Assembly: GCA_010093605.1 (NCBI GenBank)
Contig: MU004188.1
Coordinates: 1,751,918-1,815,917 of the forward strand
Direction: 5' to 3'
DNA from: Lophium mytilinum
Lineage: Eukaryota
DNA length: 64,000 nt
Shown in pieces: positions 23,084 to 34,500 of this stretch (the stretch's first letter is position 1; each line of letters begins with the position of its first letter). The notes below the pieces were generated by a model. The model worked only from the letters and a program-made list of their open reading frames with translations. It was not told the origin of the DNA and ran no database searches. The position numbers and the translations under genes were made by a program.

Positions 23084-25910
23084 TCACTGACTGTCGTCGC
23101 CATCCAGCAACTTTGCGTAATCGTCGGCAGAGGCAAACGTTGGCAGGTGCTTCAGCTTCCGCCTCTTTGCCTTCTTCTCGTCTCTCTCACTCTTCTTCTG
23201 TCTCTTAGCGATTGTGGCTTCTGTTTCCTCGTCGCTGTCCGCAACATCCTGTGGAAGAACGTCGAACGCCACGGGTACATCTTCGTCGCTGTCGATGAAT
23301 GCCTCTTCATCCGCGCTCTCAAGCCCCAAGTCATCATCAGAGCCAGCGTCGCTGGCATCCGCGTTACTTCCAAGCTCATCAAGCCCCTCCTCATCATCAC
23401 TCCCCAGATTCAGCTCGACGCCGCCCATATCTCCGGCGTCATCGTCATCGTCACCGTCAGACATGCCGTCCATATCCATGTCGCTGAATCCTTCTTCGTC
23501 TGAGTCCCCTTCTATTTCAGGACGACTTTGAACAAGTGCTTTCCAGATTTCCTCTTCCCCATCCTCGCTATCGTCCTCATCATCCTTCTTCTTCGCAGCC
23601 TTCTCCTTCTTACTTAATTTGCCTTTCCCAGCTTTTGCGAAATAGGTGTGGAAGAAAACGTCGTCGACTGCAACGTCTTGGACCTTGCGCTGCCAGAAAG
23701 CCTCCGTATTTACTGGCTGGGCAGTCCGAGCGCCATCTCTAGATGTGATCAACATGTCGCCAACACGAGCGTTCCCGGCAAGTGGCTGCATTATAGATGA
23801 TCCATGTGCGCCGCCGGACTTCGTCTTAGCGTTGCGATACACGAATTTGTCGAGGAAGTTCATCAGGGTGTGTAACGACGGATCTGGCTTTTCCTTCATC
23901 GGTTCTAGGTAAAGGAGACGTTTGGCAAATAGCTGAACGGATGGATGATAATGTGCTTGCAGGGGTAGAAGCTCCCAAAGACACGATGCATCAGCTGCCG
24001 CGTACTCTGGATCCCGCTTCCGGCCGTCGTAGAGATCTTTCTTCGTCGAGGTTGGTTTTGGTGGCAGAGTGGAGTCCTCAGGAACGTCTTCGTAATGCTC
24101 ATCTTCGGACTCATCAGGGTGATCTTCCGGACTCGATAGCATCGTTTTGATGCTTGGAAAGGTCTTCGATAGCTCGTATATGAGATAGACGACGCTGCAA
24201 ACAAATGGAGGCTCGTGAAGGGTAATCACTTGTAGAAGACGCTTAACAAAGGCTTTGACTCGTTTCACACTCAAGTCCGCCTTAAGAGAGCGATACAGGA
24301 GATTGAGGTACATGATCTGTTTTGATGAACCCAGGAGACGAGGGTCTAAGAGCGACTCGTACAGAGTACGGTAGAAGCGGTCACTTGAGAAGTGCTTCGT
24401 GGCCGAGATCTGCTGAATGAGCATCAGGGCTTGAATGCTGGTATTGAAATTGGAAGAATGCGTGACTCGGAAAAGCGCCTCCATCTGACTTTCGAATCTA
24501 ACACGCAGTGAATTAGTATTATGTCGAGTAACTGGGAATGCAACTTACATGGCATCATCAGTTTTGGCGAAAGGAAAGGCTCGATTAACGCCCGTCAACA
24601 CCTGAGCAATCATCTTTTCCTTCATTTCCTCCTCGGATTTATAAGCATCTCCTTCCTTTTCTTTAGCCTTCTTGCGAGCCATCTTTCCTGGGGCGCCTCC
24701 GCCGCCTTGGATAAATCCATTCTTGTTGATTTTCGTCTGTGTCTGTTCTTCTGTTCCTTTGGGCTTCTTTAAAAGGCCAATAAAAAGGCCAAAGTACAGT
24801 TCTAAGAGTTTCGTTGCTACGTCTTGTTCCTTCACACTTAGCATTGTCTGATTGAGTGTGATGACAGCGTAATATTTGGCATGTGTGCTCTGCCCGGGTC
24901 GAAAAAGTAAGTCCGATTCTATTGCATTGATGATGACGCTCTTCATAAGCGGATGTGATACCTGCAGTTGAAGTAGCAGATATGATGCCCTGGAAGCAAT
25001 CTTCTTGTCAGTGTCTCCCAGCTTGTTTATCAAGAGCCGCAGCAAGTTCTCTTCCTGCTCTGGTTTCTCCCTTAACAGCTCCCAGACGAAAGTCACAGCT
25101 CGGGTACGAGCAAATGTAACTTCATCGTTACACCACCCTTCGACGACCTTGAGCATTTCAAAATAAGTTCGTTTTAACCAGTCCTCGTACGCCCACACTA
25201 TCAGGTGGATCTCCTGAATAGCGCCCGGCAAGCGATCACCAGCCTTCCAGCTAGCAGGTTTGCCGTGTAGTGCACAAGCGAGTCCTGGTTGTTTGGCGAA
25301 TGCGCGCAGCTTCCTATCGGGAGGCAAGACGACACCCTGGCCAAGCAGATCTTTTAAAGCCCCTAACGCCATCAATGCAGCGTTCCTACTCTTCTTCCTA
25401 CCCAGAGCCAAGAGTTGCTCGAACGCTTTGGTGGTGTGCAACGGGGATTCCTGTACCAGCAAGGTAAGGGCAGATACCTTGTCCTCGAGGGTTCCAGAAG
25501 ACATGATCGTGGACAAGAACTTTTGTGAGGATGTGGAGGACGCGCGCGACCCTTCGTAGGCTGCAATTTCTGCCTCTAGGAGCGTGTCGCCGTACTTGTG
25601 GAGGTCATCGAGGACATGGCGGGGCGGTGCTGAGGGTGATTCTACCGGGGGTATTTCTGGGAGGGGAGCAGCGTGCCATTCGGGCTGAGGCGTAAACATC
25701 TAGGTCCAGCTGTCAGCACTCCTGTATCCCCGCTGCCGCTTTTCTGCGTTATATACAAGCAATACATACCAGTGTCGGCCGCTGTGACTCTGCCTCCCGC
25801 TTCGGACGGGGCTTCGGTTTGTCGCGAACAGCCATACTGCCCCGTCCCATGCCCTGGGCAGGCTTAGGCGTGCCATGGTGAGACTCGGAGTGCGAGCGCT
25901 TCTTCGTCAT
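23084..25910 (-). CDS. MAK21: Ribosome biogenesis protein Mak21/Noc1 (CBF/Mak21 family), 3 exons
   Basis: SGTLEDKVSALTLLVQESPLH, KPEQEENLLRLLINKLGD, LFRVTHSSNFNTSIQALMLI, YDGRKRDP, HYHPSV, acidic tail ending LPTFASADDYAKLL; first exon MTKKRSH...RPTL before intron 25700-25769. Confidence 0.93.
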
Positions 25911-26854
25911 TGGAGTTGGGGAGCCGCAGTTGCAGCAGGCGCAATGGCGAGCCGATCTCTGCTGGAACTTTTTGGTGTTCTAGAGGTTGTAAAAATCGAT
26001 CAAATTGCAGCAGCGGCCCGCAGTTTCCCCGGGCCCGTTGCCGAAGCTGATTCGGCATCCCGTGCTGGGGCTGGGGCCATCGCAACCGTGCCACCTCAGG
26101 CATGACTCTCCCACAACTACCTGCAACCCTTTGTACGTAAAGCACCTGGTTATTGCCAAGATAATAATGCAAGGACAAAATAAATGAGTTCGTAGGCTTT
26201 TAGTCACTGATACCGGTAGCAACTGCCGGCTCGTCCTTTTTGCCTCAAACGGGCGTGCAGATCCGAGGAAAACGCGATGTGTAATCGACAACGCCCTAGC
26301 GACGACAACAGGCGACAAGTTCTCGGGGGAAAAGTGACGACCGCTCGTCTCGGCGGTCGTCACGATTTCCTTATAACTAGAGCATGCCGTGTAAGCGGGC
26401 GTCACGATGCATCTATGGCTGCCACTGATTGTTAATCGGAGTTGATGGTATTGGAGAGATCGTTCCTTATTTAAGTCGAATTCTCTTTGTGCAAATAGAT
26501 GGATTGTATAGCAAAGATTCTCCCTCTCCTTAGGTGTCTATATTTTTGGTAAAGGGGCGCAAATCTCGTTGTGAAGGCAAAATGTAAGCTGGACTTTCCT
26601 ACTAGTCACGTGGCTGTTTTCTTCCATCGCTCCACTGGATCGTTCCTGCCGCTTCCGTGTCGCCTATCGAACTCTTTACTCTATGATGCACTCTCAGACC
26701 CTTCTGCGGCTGTTTGCCTTGTTTCCCTCGAACTCCACTTACAATAGGCCATTTTAGGACGAGCATTACGCCCGTCGACCACCTCAGGGCTAGCTATTCC
26801 TACAACGAGGCCCGCCATAACCTCCCCCACAGCGCAGCAAATAATATCCTCCAA

Positions 26855-28948
26855 ATGGAACACTCAAACAAGTTAGCCCCTGATCTTAAAATGGCACATG
26901 ATGAGGATTTGGAGGAGCTAGGCCGCAAGAGACCAGCAATGTTCACGTCGGCGTGGGCGGAGTTTGGGTTTTGTTACTCGATTGTCATGTCGCAACTATT
27001 GACTGTAAGCTTTTGATACACAGTACAGTACTGCAATAGGCCATGGGTTTGTGCACATGAATTTACCACTGCTTAAGTGCTACTTTGGAAGGTAGACACC
27101 ACTCTTAGTATCAGCCCCCCTGCCAGCGAGACAGTCAAGCCAGATGCGGCTCAGCTTCCGCTGCATGAAGCTCCACGCCGTGCCGAGGATTCAAAGTCCC
27201 AGAGGGTGCCCAAGCAGTATTAAATAAGTGTGCACAGACTCACAGTCTGTCTCTGTAAAGATGGAAGGAGTTTGCGCCTGCTAATAATGCACGTAGGAGT
27301 ACTTCGTATCCGGATTCAATGTCGTCCTACCTACAGTCGCCAATGACCTCAAAATCGCTCCAGAATCAGCGACATGGCCCGCTGCCGCCTTTTCCCTCGT
27401 TGTCTCTGCCTTCCTGATTATCTTTGGGCGGTTTGCCGGTACGCACTACTCCCTCTATCCGTCAATTCAACCACTAACTTTCATGAGATATGTACGGCGG
27501 CTCTATAGTCTACCTAGTCGGTACCATCTGGCTTACGGTCTTCTCCATCGTCACGTCTTTCGCTCAGGACGAGATCATGCTCGATCTCTGCCGTGCGCTA
27601 CAAGGTCTCGGCCCTGCCGCCTTCCTTCCATCCGGCATGATGCTCCTTGGAGTCGTCTACCGCCCCGGCTACCGCAAGAACATCGTCTTCTCAATCTACG
27701 GTGCATGTGCTCCGCTCGGATTCTTCCTCGGGATTTTCTTTGCTGGCGTTGCGGGCGAGTACTCGACCTGGCGCCTCTACTTCTGGATCGGGGCCGGCTT
27801 GTCAGCGAGTACTGTTGCACTAGCGTGGTTCTGTGTGCCCAGTGACTGGGCAGAAAAAAGGGAGCTCAAGAGAAGTGGACAAGGCGGTGTTGGGATTGAC
27901 GTCAAAGGACCCGTTCTTATTGTGTGTGGACTTGTGTTGTTCGTGTTTGCGATCACTGACACCGCCCATGCACCGAATGGAATCAAAACGTGGTACATTT
28001 TGACCACACTGATCGTGGGAATCGTGAGCTTAGCGCTTGGATTTTGGTTTGACGGCCATGCCGAAGTGAGTGCTAGTCGAACACACAAACCACAAATTGC
28101 TAACGGTATTATAGTTTCCTTTGATCCCTGGGAGTATCTTCAAGGTCAAGAGCATGACGCCGCTTATCATTGCGATGTTCTTTTCTTTCGCGAGTCTGGG
28201 CATCTACCTGCTCTATAGCACGTACTAGTGAGCACTATTGCTAGAATCTACCCTCTGACTAGACTAATCCGTTCTCGCTAGCATGACTGAGATAATGGGC
28301 GGCACCCCCATGCAACTCGTTGGGTGGTTCACTCCCATGGCACTCGGCGGCTGCATCATCGGCACAGTAGGCGGAACCGTGCTCCACAAGATTCCCGGCA
28401 CCGCAATCTTAATTCTAGCGGGTCTTGGTTGGATCGTCGCCCCCCTTCTTTTTGCACTCGCGCCCGTCGGGGCAAACTACTGGTACTTCACGTTTTGGAG
28501 TATGCTCGGCGCGACCATCGGTATCGATGGCAGTTTCAATGTTGTCAGCGTGTTTATGAGCACGCACCTGCCAGCGCATCAGCAGGGACTGGCGGGTGCG
28601 CTGGTCAACTCGGTGCTACAATTGAGTATTGCTGTGTTCCTTGCAGTTGCTGATATGGTGGTTGCTTATACCGAGGATGATCAGGGGAGGAGGCAGGGGC
28701 TGAAGAATGCCTTCTGGCTGGAGCTGGCCTGTGCGGGGACCGCGCTGGTAGTTAGTGTCTTGTTCGTGGATGTGAAGGTGGCGGATCATCATGGCCCACA
28801 AGCAATGGACGAGGAGAAGGGGAAAGCAGTGAAAGCGCAAGGTACCGACAAGCCCGCGCGTATGAGCGGCGAGGGAAGAAATGAGGGCGTGACTGCTGGT
28901 GCGGAAGCTAGAGTCGACCCGAGGGTACCACCGCCTGTGGTCACATAA
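26855..28948 (+). CDS. MFS drug transporter, DHA2/Atr1-like (5 exons)
   Basis: GRKRPAMFTSAWAEFGFC, EYFVSGFNVVLPT, FGRFADMYGG, RALQGLGPAAFLPSG, YGACAPLGFFLGI, QQGLAGALVNS; introns 27005-27296, 27439-27487, 28066-28114 and ~28228-28281. Confidence 0.9.
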
Positions 28949-29941
28949 GACGGATTTCAGAGACAAATCGCACGGCCGTAGGAGGAAATTCGCCACGTAA
29001 ATCAGTGTAATGAGGCTTAAGCTACTGCAGGCCCCTGGTTAGCTTAGTATTCACAAATTTTTATAAAATACCCACTAGTAGGGGGCCCCCTAGTTAGCGG
29101 CATACCTAGCGTAAGGCCTGCATGCCCGGAGACCTTAGATAAGGTCTCTAATTAAGGCAGCTTATGCAGGCTATATATAGTAAGGCGCCGCTAAGATAAG
29201 GCTACTAGCCCGTTCTATTTTATTATAGCTCTAATAATCTATAGATCCTTCTAAGAATTCTTAACTTTCTTATATTATAATTACCTATACTATAATTAAG
29301 GCCTAAGACTATATATAAGGCTATAAAGAAGGCCTAAGGCTATATAGAAGGTTAAATATATAATAAGATTTATATTTTTAATACTATTTTTAATAAAAAT
29401 AGCCGGCCGATAATATAAAGAGAGGAGAGAAAGTAAAAGGTATAGAAATATTATAGAAAACCCTTAACTAAATATTTAAGAGGAGGAAGATCTATATACT
29501 ATTTTATTAGTAGTAGAATTACCCTATTATAATCTATTATTAGCTTCTATCTTAAATTCTTATAATTTCTATATAAACCTTAATTTTTATTATATTATAA
29601 TATTCTCTTACTAGCCTAATATTTTCTCTCTTTTTAATACTGCGCCTAGAGTTTTATAGCTATATAGAGTTCTATAGCCGCGTATAGTTCTATAGCTACG
29701 CGTAGTTCTATAATACGCGCTACTACTCTTCTATCTAATTATTTCTTACTTTAAGCCTTTAGTAATACCTCTATAGCCTCTATAGGCTTCTCTATAGACC
29801 CTAGAGCCTTACTACGCGCTCTATAAGATTAACACAAATAAATAGCTAGAGCTTATTAAGCTAGATAATAATATAGATAATATTCTATAAACTTAAGAGT
29901 ACTCTAAAATAGAGAATAAAAATACCTTAATAGTTCTTCCA

Positions 29942-31000
29942 CCCTTCTATAATATTATTTCTCTAGAGATATATAAGTAATTAAGGCCGGCTAAGTAGCT
30001 CTACTTTATTAAGCTACTAAACTAGTACTACTACTAGGCCTATAAGTATTAGCTTAAAGCGTATATAGAGAGGATAGTAGTAATAATAAATAAGCTTATA
30101 GGCTATATAGAGCGCGGCTATAACTTCTATAATAGATATAATTAGTTAAAGAATAAAATTAATAAGAGAATTACTATCTAAAAGGGTAAGAAAGAGAAGA
30201 CTAGAATAGTATAGAGAGATAATAAGTATCTATAGTAGCTTAATATCTTTATTATAAAGGCGGCGGATATAAATAAGGCAATTAAAAAGAAGCTTTAAGG
30301 CCTGCCTAAGGTATAAACCTATAATAGCTAGTAGTAGGCTATTATTATTAACCTTACGCGCTTAATTAGTATAAAGAAAGGAATTAATAATATTAATACA
30401 CTAGAGGAGGCGCCGCAGCCTTAGTAGAGGCCTAGTAGAGAATCTTTATACTATAGAGGGTTTATAGCTATATACTATATATATTAAAAGGTTAAGAAGT
30501 ATTAAATTACTTATATAGATAAGAGAGAGAGGCGCTATATAGCTAAGGCTAAGGCTTAAATTAAGAGAATAATAGTAGAATAAAGAGAGTTATTTAAGGC
30601 CTTTATATAGGGCCTAGTAATTTCTATCTAGGCTATAATAGATTCTACTTAAATAGTAAGTAACTATAAGAAGCTGCAGGCGTTCTACTATACTACTAAT
30701 TAACTATACTATAAGAGGGTAATTACTAATATAGAAAAGATATAGAGAGACTCTAAGCAGCTATCTTATATTTAAACTAAGGTAACTAAGGGCGCTAAGT
30801 ATAGTAGAACTCTTAGTAAGGTTACTAGTAATATAGAATATATAATTAATAATAATAGAGAAAGAAAGAAGAGTATTATTAATAGAGGAGAGAATAAGAA
30901 AATATTATTAGTAGAGGAATATAGCTCTATAGAGGTAGCTAGCCTAGCTAGCCTTAATTTAGAGTCTAACACCCCTAGAGACTTCTATTTTTTTAGTTCT
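29942..31000 (+). pseudogene. Harbinger second ORF relic (possible Myb/SANT-like DNA-binding partner)
   Basis: One plus-strand frame reads as protein interrupted by TAA/TAG (RPAK*LYFIKLLN*...IERGYNFYNRYN*LKNK...). Identity inferred from position in a Harbinger element; boundaries approximate. Confidence 0.5.
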
Positions 31001-31057
31001 ACTTCTTATAACTAATATATTTTAGACGCTATTACTTATAGGTAGAAAGTAAGTAGT

Positions 31058-31291
31058 TATTATATATAATATAACCCTATAGGGTGCAGGTAATACAGAG
31101 GCAGATAATAGAAAGAAAGAAATAGTTATAAGACTAGAATAGATAGCTATAATATATTAAAGGGTTAGCCTTTAATACTTCTACTAATATATAATAGTTT
31201 TATACTATATATTTAAGACCTTATAATAACGCTACTATATAACTACTAGTTATATATATATACAGCCTATAATAATAGCTTATCTATAATA
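31058..31291 (+). repeat. Gypsy 5' LTR
   Basis: Differs from the 3' LTR at about 9 positions by eye, all transitions, no indels; followed by PBS-like GTTAGTAGC. Confidence 0.93.
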
Positions 31292-31529
31292 GTTAGTAGC
31301 TAAAATAGATAATTCTAGAACTCTTAGCCTAGTACTATATATCTCCTCTTTCTATTAAATCTTACCTTACCTCTATTCTATAAAAGCGACAAGTAGCAGC
31401 ATAGAGTAAAGTAATAGTAGCTATAGTAGTAGCTAATACTCTCTCCTCTATCTCTAATAATTACTATATTAGATTTATTAGTATAGATATATTAGTAAGA
31501 AAGAGCTAATAATAACTACTAATAGTAGG

Positions 31530-34500
31530 AAGTACTACTAGGAAAATAATAATATATAACCTATTACTACTCTATACTACTTACCTATAATAATAATAAT
31601 AAGTTAAAATAATTCTTAATAGTATAAGCTAGACTACTATTATATATATATAAGCTATATAGACAAGCATATAATAATAGCTATAAGTAAGCCCCTATCT
31701 CTAATTTAGTAAGCTTTAAGTAATATTATACTCTAAGTTATTCTTATCTCTAGCTACTTCTAATTAGTACTATAGATTATTATATAAGACACGTTATTAA
31801 TATAGTTAGTTATAGCTGCTAGCGGAGAATTAAGTATAGAGATATATATTCTTAATAGCCTCTCTACTAATTCTATTTAAACTACTTATTATCTTACTAT
31901 ATAGAGAGTAGATCTTAAGATACTACCTATAGAAAATAATCTATTATTTATCTTAAATATAGTTCTTATAGACTTTTCTACAGTAGTAGATAATCTAGTT
32001 ATCCCTAAAATATAGTAATAAGACTCTACTAGCGATATTTAATAATAAGCTCTAGAGGCCCTAATAGAAGATATCTATTTAATATTTAATAATAATACTC
32101 TAGATAATATATAGCTAGAAATAACCTCTAGTAAAGTAAAGATAGTAATGCTATCTTAACGCCTATAGGTAGCATGCAATTAATAAAAATAGAGAGTAAC
32201 TATATAGAGAGCAACTATATAGAGACTAATAATACCTCTATATAATAAGCGCATATAAGGTCTACTAAAGAAGATGCTAGAACTAGCTACTTAATATGCT
32301 AAGAAATAATTTAAAAAAGATGCGCTATTTATTAGAACTCTTCTCTAGTAATAAGTAGAGTACCCCCTATAGGTTACTAAGATTAGATTAGTACTTTAAG
32401 GGTAAGTAAGAGGGATAGTAAAGATAATAATAAATAAACGCTAGAAGAATCTAATATTAGAAGTTCTTAACCTTTTTAACCTAAAGTATATAAATTATAT
32501 ATTTTCTAGCCTATAAGAAGGCCTTTAATATATTAGCACTATTATAGCCTATTTTTAATAAGGACTAGGTAAAATAATAAGTAACTTAAATAATATTATA
32601 TTTTAGTATAAATAGAATATTATACCCTCTATTAAAGATAATATAATATCTAAGTAAGCTAACTCGCCCTAAGGCAATTATAACTAATATTATAACTAAT
32701 ATTATAACTAAAATATAATTAAAGATAGTAATAATAGAATCTTTTAGAAGATTCTTAGCTACATTAATTAACTTAAAGCGCGTAAAGAAATAGAGGAGTT
32801 TAAATAAGCTCTACCCCTAGAACCTTTTAGATAAGCTCTACTTCTAGAACCTTTTAAATAAGCTCCACCCTAAGAACTATTTAGATAAGCTCTACTCTAA
32901 GCTTCTCTTAAATAGTATAGATAGTTTAGATAAGTTCCTTTTAGCTAGTATAGATAGTTTAGGTAACCCCCTTCTAGCTATAGGCAGTTTAAAGCCCTAG
33001 GCTAGCAGCTATAATAACTTCTATTAAACGCGCTATAACTATAGAATAACTATTAACTCTAGTCTCTTAATAACTCCTCTAGTTAAGTGCCTAGGTATAC
33101 CTAGTAGCTATAGCTATTAGTAAATATCTAACTGCTAAAACTCTAGCCTAGTAATATTATACTCTTTAACCCTCTTAAATAACTAGTTAGCCTATTTATT
33201 AGAAGGTTTACTTAACTAGCCGCCCTATATAGGGAATAAGCTATACTTATACTTCTACTACTTTATCTCTAAGAAGACGCTATTAAATAGTATATATTAC
33301 TACTAATATAAGCTTAAGAGAATATAAACTATAGACTAGTATTCTAGAAAGACTAACTAGTATAATAGTATTATAAGCTAACGCATAAGGCGCAATAGAA
33401 AGTATAAAATATAAAGTTCTACTTTAGTAAGTAGGATTAGCTCTTCTTCTTATAGTATATAATTAAGAAGGTTAATCTACTATATAAAGCGGGCATTACT
33501 AATAAATACTAAGTTATCTATAAACTCTAGTATAGCCTTAACGCCTACTTAATAAATATAGTTTAAATCTATAAAACTAGAGATAATCTCTAGAGCTTCT
33601 AGCAATACTATTAGTAGTAACTACCTGCAGTAGAGAAGCTATAGAGAATAGAATAAGTAAGGCTAGCATATAATAGCACGCGCTAATACTTAAATTAGGG
33701 TAAGAAGAATACCTATAGAACTGTAGATAAGACTAGTACTATAGATAGAGTTAAGTAGCTTATTACGCAGGCTAGTAAGAAGTACAGCGTATTAATAGCA
33801 TCTATTTAAAATAAGAAACTAGATATATAAAATTATAATAAGCTACCTTTATAGAAATACTTTATCTATAAAGTATAAGAAAAGATAGGGTAGATATACT
33901 AGAGTAAATTCTACCTAAATAATAAGAATAAGCTATTAAAAGCAATAACTAGAAATAAAGTATATAAAATAGAGCTAATATTAGATAAAGATAGTAGTAA
34001 TAAAGCTAATAATAATATAAGTAATATATCTTTACATACTAAGAAACTATTAGAATAACTACTCTAAGACTTAGAAAATAAGAACTTAGAGCGTTAACGT
34101 CCAGTTACATTCTATACCTATAAACCCCGGCTAATAATAACCTAATATCTTTATATTATAATGCCGCTAGAGTATATTAAGTATAAATTACAAAGTATAT
34201 TTAACCGGGAGATAGGTTTTTATAGTATATTAGTATTAAGCTAAAGGCTAGCACTCTAGCTAGTATACCTTTTACTATAATACTGGATTTAGGGACTATT
34301 ATTACGCTTATAGATAATAAATAGATAAAATAGTATTACCTATAAGCTATTAAAATACCTAGAAAAAGAAGCATCTAAATATTAGGTATTATAGATAAAG
34401 TAGTCTACTTAAGAGCTTAGGTAAATATTATTATTACATTAATAGATACTAATAGATATAATCTTAACTTACCTATAGAGGCTTATATTATCCCCTACTT

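Noticed and set aside
27005..27296. TPP riboswitch in the long intron
   Set aside because: Conserved CTGAGA and associated aptamer motifs not found; host gene is not evidently thiamine-related.
32800..32995. CRISPR-like array
   Set aside because: Head-to-tail codon-multiple repeats without unique spacers, inside a retrotransposon gag in a eukaryote.
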